A DNA stretch of 64,000 nucleotides from Lama glama (GCA_028534125.1 CM052817.1:109060001-109124000); one strand, 5' to 3'; numbered from the stretch's first letter, positions 38,120 to 51,539 are shown. Notes: a model not told the origin generated them from the sequence alone. Made by a program: numbers and translations.

Positions 38120-38511
38120 CTTGAAAGGGCAAGACACAGTCATTAACTCCTGCCCTTCTCCCCACCTGACAGGTCAGCAAAGAAGGACATGCCGACCCCG
38201 CTTCCCACCAAACCCAGGGCACCAGTTAGACCAGGAAAGGCAGGCCACCAGCGTTCCGCCAGGCAGCAGGCACCCTCATGTCACTGAGAAAGGCCAGCTG
38301 ACCTCCTCCTCTGAACCCAGAAGAGCTACTTTCACACTTGTTTTTAGAGAAAATGGAAGAGCCAGGGTTTGGACCTGGGCACTTTTACTCCAGAAATCCA
38401 GCTCCATCATTTGAAAGCTACAATACTGGTAACATCAACCAGAAATACCAAATAATGAATTCAAGACCGATTTATTGAGAAGCAGTTCTTTAACAATACA
38501 AAAGCTTTCTT

Positions 38512-38790
38512 TGGGGCAAGGGGTGGGAAGGGACAGACTGGGATTTCCAAATCTGTAGATACTGACAGGCATATGCAGAATAGGTAAACAAGATTACACT
38601 GTACAGAACAGGGAAATATATACAAGATCTTGTGGCAGCTCATAGCAAAAAAAGAATGTGACAATGACTATATGTATGTTCATGTATAACTGAAAACTTG
38701 TGCTCTACACTGGAATTTGACACAACATTGTAAAATGACTATAACTCAATAAAAAATGTTAAAAAAAATTAAAAAATTAAAAAACAAAAC
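38512..38790 (+). mobile_element. Short young LINE-1 3' tail
   Basis: gggaagggacagactgggattt...gtgacaatgactatatgtatgttcatgtataactgaaaa...aataaaaaatgttaaaaaaa. Closely similar to the copy at 51604-51826. Confidence 0.85.
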
Positions 38791-38924
38791 TGCTCGGCAC
38801 AGAGATCAAAGACAGGGATCATCCATACAGCGTGGAATCTCAAAGTTACCGAGTCACTATGCTGCACACCTGAAACTAACAGGAAACTGCAAGCCAAGTG
38901 TCCTTCAATACATGTTTTATAATT

Positions 38925-39135
38925 TTTGTAATTGAAGTCTAGTCGATTCACAGGGTTGTGTTAGTTTTGGGTGTACTGCAAAGTGATTTAGTTACACATG
39001 TATTATCTTTTTTTGATTATTTTCCATTATATGTTACTATAAAAATATTGAATATAGTTCCCTGTGCTGTACAGGAGGACCTTGTTGTTTATCTATTTTA
39101 TATACAGTAGTGTGTATCTGCTAATCCCAGATGCC
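38925..39135 (-). mobile_element. LINE-1 3' tail, inverted relative to an adjacent L1 remnant at about 38842-38910
   Basis: ttgaagtctagtcgatt...gttagttttgggtgtactgcaaagtgatt...atattgaatatagttccctgtgctgtacag. Confidence 0.8.
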
Positions 39136-39855
39136 TACATTCACATTTTTATTTAAAGCATCTAGGAATCTTACTTCTGATTTTCCAGTCTGGCTCCAGC
39201 ACCTAATCCCAGGCAGGCTCCAGCAAAGACCCGACCAAGCCTCTCCACTCCCCACCCCCGCATTCACAGAGCAGCTGGAAGCAGTTAGTTCCAAATGCGT
39301 GAAGCGTGTGGGTATGACTCTGGGAGGCAGGAGGAAGGATGAAATGCATCCTCGGGGGCACTTCTGCTGTATCAGTATCAAGAACAGAAACTATGAGATC
39401 TGGGTGCTACCTACATTATCAACTGAATGAAAATGTTACCACTTTTATTCCCTCCCCCCTCAAAGTGGTAGAAAGAATAACAGACAATTTAGGGAACAAT
39501 AAACCAGTGGCTTTGAGTAAAGTTAAAAAAAAATCTTTATTAGTTCTGATTTCTAAAATAGGACACTGTGGCTGTACCAGGAGTAAAAGAGGTTGGTTTT
39601 CATATGTGCAACTGGGCTGTTCTGGCAAGATGTTCTCAAAATTTACTTTTGTTAATTCTAATCAGCTGACTGAGCTCCATGGCCCCTCAGGCAACCCCAA
39701 ATCAATAAGGTTGCCCTTGAAATAGGGTCCTTCAGGGCTGGCTCTGATCTCCCTGCCTTACCATCTCACAGAATGTTACTAACTACCCCTCTGGAACACG
39801 TCTAATCTGTGACATACCTTACTTTCCACGTTTAGAGAAATAAGATCTTGATTAC

Positions 39856-39972
39856 CTTGCTTCTCAAGACGAAGACCGTGTTAATGTGTGACAGGATGCC
39901 ATGGAAACTGGTGTCAATGTGAGGGCGGACCAGGGAGAAGACAGACAGGAGGCTGCAGGTCCCCGGCTGGAG
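39856..39972 (-). CDS. GUCY1B1: GUCY1B1 exon 7 (117 nt)
   Basis: Translates [39 protein letters not shown]. ccttag acceptor, gtaatc donor. Confidence 0.96.
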
Positions 39973-40174
39973 CTAAGGTGCAGATGAAAAGAAAAAGACA
40001 CTTTTGAGTCAGAAGAATTCTTGGAATTTGGCATTAATTATTAGATTAAACCAGCTCAATAATACTTAAATGTAGAAAATCACAATTATTTGCAGAAAAA
40101 TTATCTCCACTATGAACTCACACCTGCACTTATGCAACTCAGTGACTAAACGAACATCGTGTGGTTGTGTGAAC

Positions 40175-40595
40175 AAAAAATCAGACAGAAAAAGAGAAAT
40201 ACTATATGTTGTCACCTGTACGTGGAATCTAAAAAAAAAATGACACAAATGAACTTATTTACAAAACAGAAACAGACTCACAGACATAGAGAATAAACAC
40301 ATGGTTGCTGGAACGGGGAAGGGAGTGGTGGTGGAGGATAAATTGGGAGTTTGAGATTTGCAGACACACAATACTATATACAAAATACATAAACAACAAG
40401 TTTCTACTGTAGAACACAGGGAACTATATTCAATATCTTACAGTAAGTGATAATGAAAAAGAATATGAAAACAAATATATGTATGTCTATGTATGACTGA
40501 GACATTACCCTGTATACCAGAAATTGACAGTGCATTGTAAACTAACTATACTCCAATAAAAAAAAATGAATATACTAAACTAAAAAAACAAAACA
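40175..40595 (+). mobile_element. LINE-1 3'UTR fragment
   Basis: gtggaatctaaaaaaaaaatgacacaaatgaacttatttacaaaacagaaacagactcacagac..., the same sequence as 12745-13070. A-rich tail. Confidence 0.88.
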
Positions 40596-40889
40596 CATAA
40601 AACCGAATATGGCTTCAGACAACTAATATTCAAATATAAGCTAATCTAAATAAGAAAAGACTTTTTAAAGAAAAAAGAAGGGAATATGACTTTCAAAATA
40701 CAGCATGAAGTGTTAAACGTGTATGGCTTAACATGAAACTTAAATACCACAAACCCCCAGAAACACTCAGTTTATCAAGAGATGGCTGATCAACAGTAAC
40801 AGAACACTTAACAACTGCTCACGGGACCAGGCGCTGGACTAAATGTCCTTCGTGCACCCTCTCTCCTCACGTCACAGCAAAGGGAAAAG

Positions 40890-41056
40890 CGGGGGGAGGG
40901 CAGAGCTCTGTGGTAGAGCACGTGCTTAGCATGTAGGAGGTCCTGGGTTGGACCCCCAGTACCTCCATGTACATACGTAGTACATTCATACACACACACA
41001 TACCTAAACAAACAAACAAATTTAATTACCCCTTCCAAAACCAAAAATATTCAAAA
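40890..41056 (+). mobile_element. tRNA-derived SINE, Vic-1-like, with 11-bp TSD
   Basis: caaagggaaaa at 40878-40888 and 41057-41067. tRNA-like head. Confidence 0.88.
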
Positions 41057-41717
41057 CAAAGGGAAAACAGGCAAAGAGAGGGAAGAAACACGTTGGCGGT
41101 CATGCCTGGGGGACAGAGCCCCACCCACACACTATTCTGCTTCCAGACTTACAGGTTTATGTCAGATTCCATTGGAGTTAATCCTGAACTATTACGTCTC
41201 CTTAATTACAAGCAAAAAGTATCTCTAGACATAACGTTAGAAGGTGAGAGAAAAGAGGAAGTGGGAAGAAAGGAGCTTGCAAATGGGTCTGAATGATCCA
41301 AGCCAAATGTGCACTCAGCATCACCCGCTGCTGTCCGTTGATGCGTTTTCTACTAAACTTCATGGTAATCTCTTCCCCTTTCCTCTTCGGTGTATTTTAC
41401 ACTCCTTTCTTTTCCTTGCAAATGGCATTAGTTGGCTTTGAAAGCTATATTCATATAGTAGATGTCCAATGACTATTTGCTCAATGGTGAATAAATTTAG
41501 TGAAAGCTGACTGCTACCATAAAGTCACTCACTTTCTCACTAAAACAAGTATACAGTTCCCACATAATTTTCCCACTGTCCTTGGGATTAAAACAGGAAA
41601 AAAGCAGCTCTCTTAGGGCACAAGTGCACTCAGCTTCCATTACACAACTTGTGTGCTGCCCAGTGTGCGCCACACGGCCTGGCGTGTAACCGAGGGGCTA
41701 GACGAGTGAGGGGCTAC

Positions 41718-41948
41718 CTGCGGGAGCACGCGGTATATGGCGTTGCCACACTGGGTGACCACCAGGTTCCGGTCAAATATGATGTGAAAAGGGAAAGCTT
41801 TGCAGAAGGTGAATGGGCTGATGCGTGACTCCTGGGTGCCATTCTCCTCAAATCTGTCAAGATCTTCATAAAAATCCTCTTCTTTGGATTCCTTTTCTTC
41901 AATTAAAAATTGAGTGTGATCACAGTCTTCATTTCTTTGCTGAATAAC
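41718..41948 (-). CDS. GUCY1B1: GUCY1B1 exon 6 (231 nt)
   Basis: Translates [77 protein letters not shown]. catcag acceptor, gtagcc donor. Confidence 0.97.
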
Positions 41949-44799
41949 CTGATGCCAAAGGGGGAAATGACGTTAAATGTCTGGACTTCCACTTAGTTAA
42001 AACACTTAAATACCTAAGAAATTGGTTAGGAGAACTGCATTTTTAGAAAGTTAACTTCAAATTTTTAATATATGCAAATACTATGCAAGCTTAAAATTGG
42101 AAGCTATTTCTGGACACTGATCTATGAAATTTGAAGACTGAATAATAAACTGCAATAAAATTGCAAATCTGGTCCGAGTTCACTAGTCGTCCGTGCAGCC
42201 TCTTTGGTAGACTTTGGAGACAAGCACCCCCTTGCCCCGGTGGGCTCGGCGCCCCCCAGCCCACACTCATTGAGCGAACTACATGGTACAAAGTGGGACT
42301 CTTTAACATGATCAAACCTGACAAGTACCGACAGAGGGAAATGAAATGGTGGAAATGCAAATTTTAAAATATATGCAATGTCATTTTTTACCCATCACTT
42401 GGCAAGTATATAAAATTACAGCACCAAACTGGGTAGGACACAGAAAGAGTCCCTTCACATACTGCTAACGGGAGGGCATTCTGATGAATGAACCTTTCTG
42501 AAGGACAGAGTGACAGAATGCACAACCGCCCCTTCCAAATTATATTCTCGGATTTAATTCCAAATCTGGGAATTCATTCTATGGAAGTAATCATAATTGT
42601 GAGTGAAGTTCTATAACTGAAAGAAATAACTACGTTTCAAAGAGAATATTCACAGGCAAATGCGTTATTAAGGTATAAAAAAGATTTTTTTCTTCTGAAT
42701 TTAAGAAATGCAACCAACACGTCCTCTTACAAAGGGAAAACCTGTATTTCAACTACAGTCAGATCAAAATACGAAACAGTGGGGACAATATTTCTTCAGT
42801 TACAGCTAAATGACAAAATGTTCCTCTTTTTCACTTTTTGTTCAGGAGTTCACTGCAGCGTTCTCTGACGCTGAAGAACAAATTGCAATTAATACCACTA
42901 TTGTATAGATTCTCCCAGATACAGTTTCATGGTGAAATCAGAATCTTACTACTAAAACTGTCACATTCATCTACTAAACTAGTTAAAGATTAGTATTCTT
43001 ATTTATGATGTGAAAATTTTGCCTCATGAAGAATGATTTCCCCTAGTCTCATGAACAAATCAAACCAGAATCCATCCTGGAAGTCTGACATTCTGCTGTG
43101 CTTCCATTTCAGCTAGAGGAACAGAATTATATGCAACCTAAATTGACTAGTTAATTCCGCAATTCTGCTCTTCTGCTTTGGTTAAATTAGCAGAACGAAC
43201 AGCTTTTCTGATCATATTTTTATAACTTCTCCATAAATCACTGCCTGACATGGTCTGATATTTCTTGTGCAGTTAAATTGTCTGGTAGCTCTGGACCTAT
43301 TAAACTTATGGCTTCAACATAAGGATTCCTCAGGAAATTAAAATAGGGCCTTTGAAAAACAAATGAAAACAAAGTATAATTGCCAAATGCAAGTATTTTA
43401 GAAGTCTCTACTGGCCTAGCTGGATAAGTGAAGTCCACGAGACAACCCAAATTATATAAAGGGAACTACACAATTAGGTAAAAACTTGCATTTTCCACAG
43501 CCCATGCTACTGCCATCAACCTTCCACACCAAAGCTCTGGTAACCACGGCAACTGCAGCTTCCAAGGGAGCCCTCATTTATGCTTCTTTCCCGAAGTGTC
43601 TATGCACCTGCGTCCTGCTCGGCTTGGCTAAGGAAAGAGCAGACCAGGAGTCGAGCCAGGATGCACAGACCTCTGGACACAGGCTCCCCACTAAACTTGT
43701 GGTGTCAGCTGGGTGTCAGGGTGAAAAACTGGAAGTGAAAAGCACACATCATTGTAACTGAAATCCAGTGAGGCTCCTAACCATGGGAGAATTTCAATCC
43801 TTTACCCAAGTTTTAATTTTTAAATGTCTCTGGATTTGACAATGTCATATTACACAGGAAAACTAAGGATGCGCCTGGGGGTCAAGGAAGAACGGACACC
43901 AACTCCTGAAAGAAAACAAAAACGTCAAATCTAATGTGACCGACTAGACTAAATACATGGGATACTTTTGTAACAGAATCAATTTAAATGTTACAGTTTT
44001 TATTTCTATAAAACTGTACTTCCAGTTTGGGCTTCCCGTACGTGTTAGAATGTAACTATGGCATCTAAAAAAGCACTGCACTAGTTTTCTCATAAGGAAA
44101 GAAAACTGAAATAGGGCATCCCTCTGCCCACTTTTCTTAAACTTAGGGCCACTGAGAACGGCTCTAGGGGGCTGATACCCTGAGCACACAAACAGCAGCT
44201 CAGGGGAGAGGCCATGTGGGTCAGAAATACGGAAAAACGAGAGTTCTCTATGGCACAGCTGTGTTATCAATACCTTGAAATAATCACTCAAAACTAACAT
44301 TTTTTTCAAGTATGAGACTTGGCTTCTTTTACCAAGCAATCTAATTTTTTTTAAAAAAAGCAAAACTTTTAGCTCATAAAATGAGATACTCTATCTACAT
44401 TTCAGGGACGGACAAAAAAAAAATCCAGAAGGAAACAATGAACAGTAAGATAAAACCTCGGATCACATTATTTTAGCATGTGCCATGTCACGGGTTTTCC
44501 TGTATTCTGAGGGCCACTGCTTCCCAGCGAGTGTGCGCGCACAGGGAGTGCAAACCAAATTTCACAGTGCCTTGAGCAATGTATAATTAGAAAGCAAAAT
44601 CTGCTCCCACCAGGAAAAAAATCTTGTATGTTGCATTTCAGGGCCAACTATAGAAGCCTGCGGATGTTGCTGCCGTCACGGCTTATGTGGACCTCTGCTG
44701 AGGTCCAGCAGCAGCACTGACAGCTGAAGTAGACTCGCTGAGCATCCTTAACCCTCCGCAGGGGGTCTGGGCTCAGGCGTCCCCGAGACAGACAGTTAC

Positions 44800-44997
44800 C
44801 TTCATGTCTATTTCAGTGCCATGTATCTGCTGGGCGACCGTCTTGATGATCCCGATGACGATGTCCTGGAGCCCCTCTCTCTCTGAGTAGTAGTGCAGAA
44901 TGAGCCCTTTGCCCTTTTCTGCATCGGTGCACCTGAAGGAAGGCGCCCGCATCCCCGGGTAGATGGTGGCCAGGTGGTCATGCAGGGCGTCGAGATT
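44800..44997 (-). CDS. GUCY1B1: GUCY1B1 exon 5 (198 nt), H-NOX heme-binding region
   Basis: Translates [66 protein letters not shown], containing the proximal heme His105 and the YxSxR motif. ctgcag acceptor, gtaact donor. Confidence 0.98.
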
Positions 44998-45210
44998 CTG
45001 CAGTGAAGAGGAGATGGTGCCGAGTGAACGAGGCAGCCACATGGGCCGAACTGGGAAGACCAAGCTCAGGGAACAAGCCTCCGGCCTGCGCTTCGGGGGC
45101 TGACGGGCCAATACTCCCACCGCACACCCTTTCCCAGCTGCACCCAGACGTCTGCAAGGCAAGAACCTTGGGGAGATTGCAGCAAAAATGATGTGATTAA
45201 GAAAAACATT

Positions 45211-45353
45211 GGGGGGAGGGTGTAGCTCAGTGGTAGGGTGGGTGCTCAGCATGCACGAGGTCCTGGGTTCAATCCCTGGTACCCCCGTATTCGATAAACC
45301 AATAATACCTAATTACCCTCCCCCCAAAATATAGAAATAAAGTAAAATGTAAA
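45211..45353 (+). mobile_element. tRNA-derived SINE, Vic-1-like, with TSD
   Basis: ggggggagggtgtagctcagtggtagggtgggtgctcagcatgcacgaggtcctgggttcaatccc...cctaattaccctcccc. TSD aagaaaaac at 45199-45207 and 45354-45362. Confidence 0.9.
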
Positions 45354-46214
45354 AAGAAAAACTTCTGTAACTATTAACAGTTGAAACATTTTAAGGAAGG
45401 TAAACAAGTGGGATGTAAAATGGTTGCCTGCAATAGAGACACACAGTTATGAGTGGAAAGCCGAGATGTGCATCATTACGGGAGTTTGGGGGCATTTGTG
45501 TGTTTGTTACGATAAACAGTGAGGAGTGATCAAAGTGCACACATGTTACCCTGTGTTTACACTGCAACCCTCAAAGTGTGTTCTTGATGAAAAAAAAGAC
45601 TCCATCAGAGCTATAAGCGTATGAAAATATAAGCATTTTCTTTAGTGAAGTAATATTTTAGAAATTAAAATCACTTCAGGAATTAAATAATCATTTCTTC
45701 ATGGTCATTCGTAGTCTCCCATCAAGGGACAGCTTCACGTTCACCTGTGAGACGGACACTTCTGAAACTGAAGTCTTGGAAAACCAGTAAATATGCCAGT
45801 AAGTATTTTCTGTTCTTATAGCCTGGTTATTAATTTAGAACATACCAAACTCCCCACTACCTTGTATTACTCTCTAATATTAAAAAAAATTTGAAAATGA
45901 ATGTATGCGTGTATATTGTGCTGTACACCAGAAACTGACATATTGTAACTGACAGTACTTTAATTAAAAACAAAGGAAAAAAAGAGATTTGTTTCAAGAT
46001 TCCCAGAAGACATGGTGCAAGCTCTACCTTCACTGGGTCCTCCATGGGATGAAGAACAAGGTGGCTTTAGCACCAAGTAGACTTGAGTATAAATGATGAC
46101 ACTGTCATTTCATGATCACGTAGCCAATTCGCTCAACTCTTCCAAGACTTGATTTCTTCTGATAGGATCGAAATAAGTGAAATGCTGTCTATCAAGCACT
46201 GAGCACCTCAGGGG

Positions 46215-46735
46215 CAGGAAGCAGAATCGTGGTGTCCCCCAGGTTCCCAGGCCCCGGTCCCTTTGACTAGGTTAGCCCAGACGGCAGAAGAAAATTCGCA
46301 GATGGGGTTAAGGTCATGGTTCTCGAGTTGGAAAGATTACCCTGCAGTAGTGGCGGACCCCCTGATCACAGGACTGACTGAGTCCTTAAAAGCCAAGAAC
46401 CTTTCCTGGTTACAGGGGAAGGGGGGTACAGTGAAAGACTGGAGGGACAGGAGCGTGAGAAGGACCTGGAAAAAGGTCTCTAGGGCATGACCCAGCCCCA
46501 GCTGACAGCCAGGAAGGACACAGGATCCACAGCCCCATGGCCTCATGGAACTGAATTCTGCCAACACCTGTCTGGTTACCCACCCCCAGAGCCAAAGGAA
46601 AGGGGTTCAGCCCTGCTGGTCCTGGTCCCGTGAGACCAAAAATTGACTTGCAACCTACAAAACTGTAGGATAATAAACCTGTGTTGTTTTAAGCCCTATG
46701 TTTGTGGTAACTGGTTCCCATAGCAATAAAAAAAA
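46215..46735 (+). mobile_element. MaLR LTR (MLT1-like)
   Basis: gcagatggggttaagg...gattaccctg...gaactgaattctgccaaca...aactgtaggataataaacctgtgttgttttaagccctatgtttgtggtaa...atagcaata. Confidence 0.75.
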
Positions 46736-49700
46736 ATTCAGCAATCAAATAGTAATCTGTCAATACCGATACCTGGTGATGATTGCCAGAGAGAATGGGG
46801 AAAGCAAACCGGTCTTAGAGCGCTGTGGGCTTAAAGAACCCAGCTTAACTGGGGGCGCTGTGGGCCCAAACGAACCATAGTTCTTGTTCAAATGTCTCAG
46901 GGAGGCCAGTTAGGGAAACAGAAGGATCCAGTAAGACATTGGGAAGGAGCTGGAGGGAGCATGGGTCCCAAATTCGGGAACCGAACCATTAGGGCCCCTG
47001 CAGCCCGCAGTTTCATCCTCTGTCCCACCGTCCAGTCATCCACGCACTGTGTGAAGTCATTGCAGGAGGGTGACACGTCCCGCGGTGTGCAGTGCAGGCT
47101 GGGACAGGACAGGGCACAGGCTGATGACACAGACCCTGCCTGTAAGCTGATCACAGCTTAAATCACAAATGAATGTGCAGAGTGGCTTCTGACGCATAAA
47201 GGGACAGGAAGACAGGTCCAGAGATGTCAGTGTGCAGCCAGGATCTGTGCGAGGCCACAAGAGGTGACGCTGATTCAGATAAATGTTTCGACAGCTTCCT
47301 CAACCAGGTGAATGTGGCTTCTCTGAGAGATGCCTTCATGCCTGGTGCTGAAATTTTGTTTTCTTTCCCCGAATTACACCTCTTACGCTCAAGTCAGGCC
47401 AGTTCTTTACTAAAATATCAAGTGGTCCTGAGAGTCTCAAGAGGCCGCCGTCAGCAGGTACAAGGACTCCCACACGGCAGACACTGAGAATGGACCATCC
47501 GGAGAAATCTGTAAACAACCAGAGGCCTAGAAGTGTCCAGGGTAAGGGGTGCCAACGGCTCTCCTATGACAAGTTCTCTTCCCGGGAACTCTTTCCCGGG
47601 AAAGGAAGACAACAAAGGTGGCTCCCCAGCCCTCCTGGATCCCTTCACACTTCTGCTGATGTTGCAAAAGGAGTAAGAGAAAATCCGGTGAGAAAAAAAA
47701 AATCACTAAAAGAGATTCACATGTGTCTCCATCGCCCCTGAAGCCAAAATTCAGCTCGGTGCTGCGTTTAGGAAATTTCCTAACATGCCAGGACCCAGGT
47801 ACTGCGCTGTGGCTCATTTTCAAGAAAAAATGTAAACCTGAGTTTAACAATAACTTTAAATATGTATTTTAATGTTTTTTTTTCTATTTGTCTTCTGTAA
47901 TGTGTTCAAACGCAGGATGGCATAAGTCAGCATGCCGACCTCATTTCCACATGCATCTTTTCCATCCTGGGTCGTGTTCCATCGGCACATTTCCACGAGC
48001 AGCTAAACGGACGGCGGGAGGCAGTGACAACAGCATTGTCCCCCTGATCTGCACCACCGACGCTGACGAGGATGAGACGGGCCAGGATGCCAAAGACCAC
48101 CACATCATGAGCCACCCGGAGACAGACCTGCATCCTAAATGTGGAGCCACTTTAATTTAAATAAAAGTATTGCCAGTACATAAGTATTCATAGCAGTAAT
48201 AAAATGCTGCTGAATTCACCAAGTCAAGGCGAGTGGGAAACCAAACACACGAAGTCAGATGCTAATCCTTTAAGTCTTTGTGGTCACCAGCTCCCCAGAG
48301 ATTGACTGTTTTATTGGGTCTGCTATTAATTAAGTGGACAAGTAAAGTGCTTTCCTGGAGCAGAAAAGATTTAACACCACTTAATGTAATATTGATTTTC
48401 TTTAGATGGTATCTAACCATAAAAAACACTCTTGGGATTTCTTTAGTTCCAGCTTTCTCTCCTTGGTTTTATACTCTCAAAATTAAAATGATCACCACAG
48501 CTTGTCTACCATGAGACATGGAATTCGTGATTGAAAATTAAATTATTTTCACTGGAGTACATTTAGACTGCTCAAAAGGTGCCTTCTTCATGAACTAGAA
48601 CTGTTTGCAGCAACCTCAAAGGCCACAAAAAAGATTCTCAAAAGGGCCAGGAGAAAACCTTGTCTGCATTTTATAAAACCATCTATACAAAATCAATTAT
48701 TCATCCATGTGGTTGTAGCAATATCTTCTGGAGAACTAGAGTTTCATGTTAAAGCTGGTATTCTGTTCTGTTTCTAAATAGACCCCTGGAGATTGGTACT
48801 CAGAGAGAAGAGCTAATGGACGATGACAAACATCAGAGAAACATAGCACATGTAAACACATATAGATTGAACACTTTTAAACACAAGTAGATTCCCGGGA
48901 AACAGTAAATTAACAGTCAAGCAAAGCTCAGAGATGCTTTCGCTTCATTCTTCTTGGCTTTACGGACACTAAGACACAGGCAGGTCCACTCATCCATTTT
49001 GCCTCAAGACGCCAAAAGGTTAGTCTGAGGTTTTCATTTCATTCCTTTCATTGTTCTGATGTCATTTTACCACTTTGTCTACAAGCAAGATGAATGTGCT
49101 TTTTCTCAGGAATTCTGCTATCCGTAGCCCAGTTCACCCTTCCCTCAGGCGTTACCATTCACAGAAGAAACACTAGTGCTGGCATCTCAGGAAACTAAAG
49201 TTCGAGATTTAGCACACACAGATTTGGGAAACAAAAGAGAATTTGTTAATCCTGTGAGAAATACTCTGAAGTTCCACGTTTTTCAAGATCTTGAAAGACT
49301 GCAAAACAAATGCAGAATCTCTCTTAAGATGTGTGGCAAAAAAGGCTTAAACGAAATAACAGAGGCAAAGTTTCCAGGAATGAACAACCTCATTTCCCTG
49401 CTCCCAGAGCATCTAATTAAAAATTCCCAAACGGTCCATATAAACAGGTAAAAGTAAGACCTTGCATCAAAAGTTTTGAGAGAGATTTTTCAGTCTTCAA
49501 GAATCTTTTCGCAGTGGACGGCAAGAAGGGAGCTATGTGTGTTATTTGAGAACGTTACTGAAGTTCAGATCAGGAAAACGTCCTAAGTCAGTCATTGTAA
49601 ACCTCTCTCTTTTAAGCAAAGAGGACAAATTGCCGCATTTCCTTTCTTTTTATTGGTCACGTTTCTGAAAAGCAAGACCGACACTAGCATTCACTGATGG

Positions 49701-50287
49701 AGTCATGTGATTTGAAAACCCTTTTTAAGTCTTACAAGAAAGAAGTCACTGTAGAATTTGAATATGAAAAAATTTAAACAAGTAAGACCCAAAGTGGAAA
49801 ACTCCGCCCCATCTAACGAGAAACGCCAGGGCCAGGGCATGAGGAGCGGGGAGGCGGGGGTGGTCAGAGGAAGTAAGGGCTGGTGTTTAGCGGTACTTTT
49901 CCAGCCTTTCCTTCTTCAAGCTGCTCCTTGGGGAACAGCCTTCCCACTGAAAAGATACAGCGTGTCCTTTTTAAAAGAACTACTAAAGGCCTCATTTAAA
50001 AAGAGAGTGTACTAGAGTCACTAAAATTATTTAAATGGTGGTATTTTTAAAACTGCTTATAGTTATTACCAGCCTCTCAAGAGAAATTTAAAAAAAAAAA
50101 AGACAGTCATAGAAATACCTGTGTAAAGTGTTTCACTTGTCATACTGTTTTTACATTCGTGTTTTAAAAAATCTCGCTTATATACATGTGACAACCAATA
50201 TTTTGTAAAATTGTGAAAATATATACGAGCTATTTTTTTAAAGTCCTAAAATTCTAAAATACTTATCTTCCTTTAAAAGTTCCCACA

Positions 50288-50757
50288 TGTCAATTTTAAA
50301 ATTGCAGGGCCCCTAAGGAACGTTTCTTGCCACCTGGTTCTACAAGAAGAACCTTGACCTGCAGGACAGCCAGGAAGGAATTCAGGGTGAAGGTCAGGAA
50401 TGAGGGAAAACTGTTACAGCTGGCCCTCAGGGAATTAGGTATTTTCAGGAGAAATGTTTTATGAACCCGGATTCTTGCATCTTCCCACACTTAGAAAAGC
50501 AATAAAACCATTAACTAAGATGTCTGCTCCTCGTGCTGACAGCAACCAAGCCGTGTCCTTGAGTGCACGCACCCCCTTTGTCAGTGTCACACATACACTG
50601 ACCCCCCCCCCACTGAACTGACCTCTTCAGAAGTCCTCAGGGTCTTCTGAGAGGCTGTACCCACCCCCACCCACCGGCTACAGTCCTCAGTAAGATCCTG
50701 AATAAACCCAGCTCATAGCTCTGATGCTGCGCGGTTTTTTTTTCCCCCAAGTAGACG
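50288..50757 (+). mobile_element. Probable ERV1-class solo LTR
   Basis: LTR-like organisation ending cagtcctcagtaagatcctgaataaa...ttttttttccccaagtagac. Boundaries approximate. Confidence 0.5.
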
Positions 50758-51539
50758 CAGGTTATAGAAATTGGCGTTTTAGAGGTTGAGAAGAGTTCCT
50801 TCTGAAATTTAAAAGTTAAACACAAAAAGAATGGTACATTTTTTTCTAAGAAATATTATAAATAATTTAGAGAAGTATTAGAATGTCCCAGCTGTTCAGG
50901 AAAATCCTCATTATTTCCCAAAATAACACTTTGCACAAACATTGAAGAATTTTAGGTCAGTCATCAATCCCAGATTGCTCCTGGTGGGCTGGCCAAGCTA
51001 CAATGGCTGCCAAAACCGAGAGCCAACATGAACTGAAGAAAGTCTCACTGCAGACTGAGCAGGGACCCCGGTAGAGGACTCAGTCCATGAGCTGACAGGG
51101 TGAGTGAGACTTCCACCAAACCAAAGTCAGTGGAAGAAGCCAGAGTTTCCAGCAAACTTGAGAGAGTATCAGGTTTGATCGCTGCCCTGACATTTCTCTG
51201 CGTATTTATGCAGGTGCCTCATTAAATCCTGACTGGTCTCTAAGGTTGCATATTACTCCTTTATTTTTCAATAATACCTCCCATGCTCTTTCAGGTTTTA
51301 TTTCACCCTTGTACAATTACTGGGGAGGTAAGAAATACACAGTGTAAGAATAACATATACCGCTGAAAATGAACTAAGAACCCTGCTGTGCACTGACTTG
51401 GGTTCCATTTGCAAAGGTTATATATCATCTCCCCTCTGCAACACGGACTCCTCAAAGCTCTCGACTCACCCATAAATATGTGAACACACGTGCACATACT
51501 AATGCAGATCAAAAAACAGGAAAACAGTACACAAAGTGC

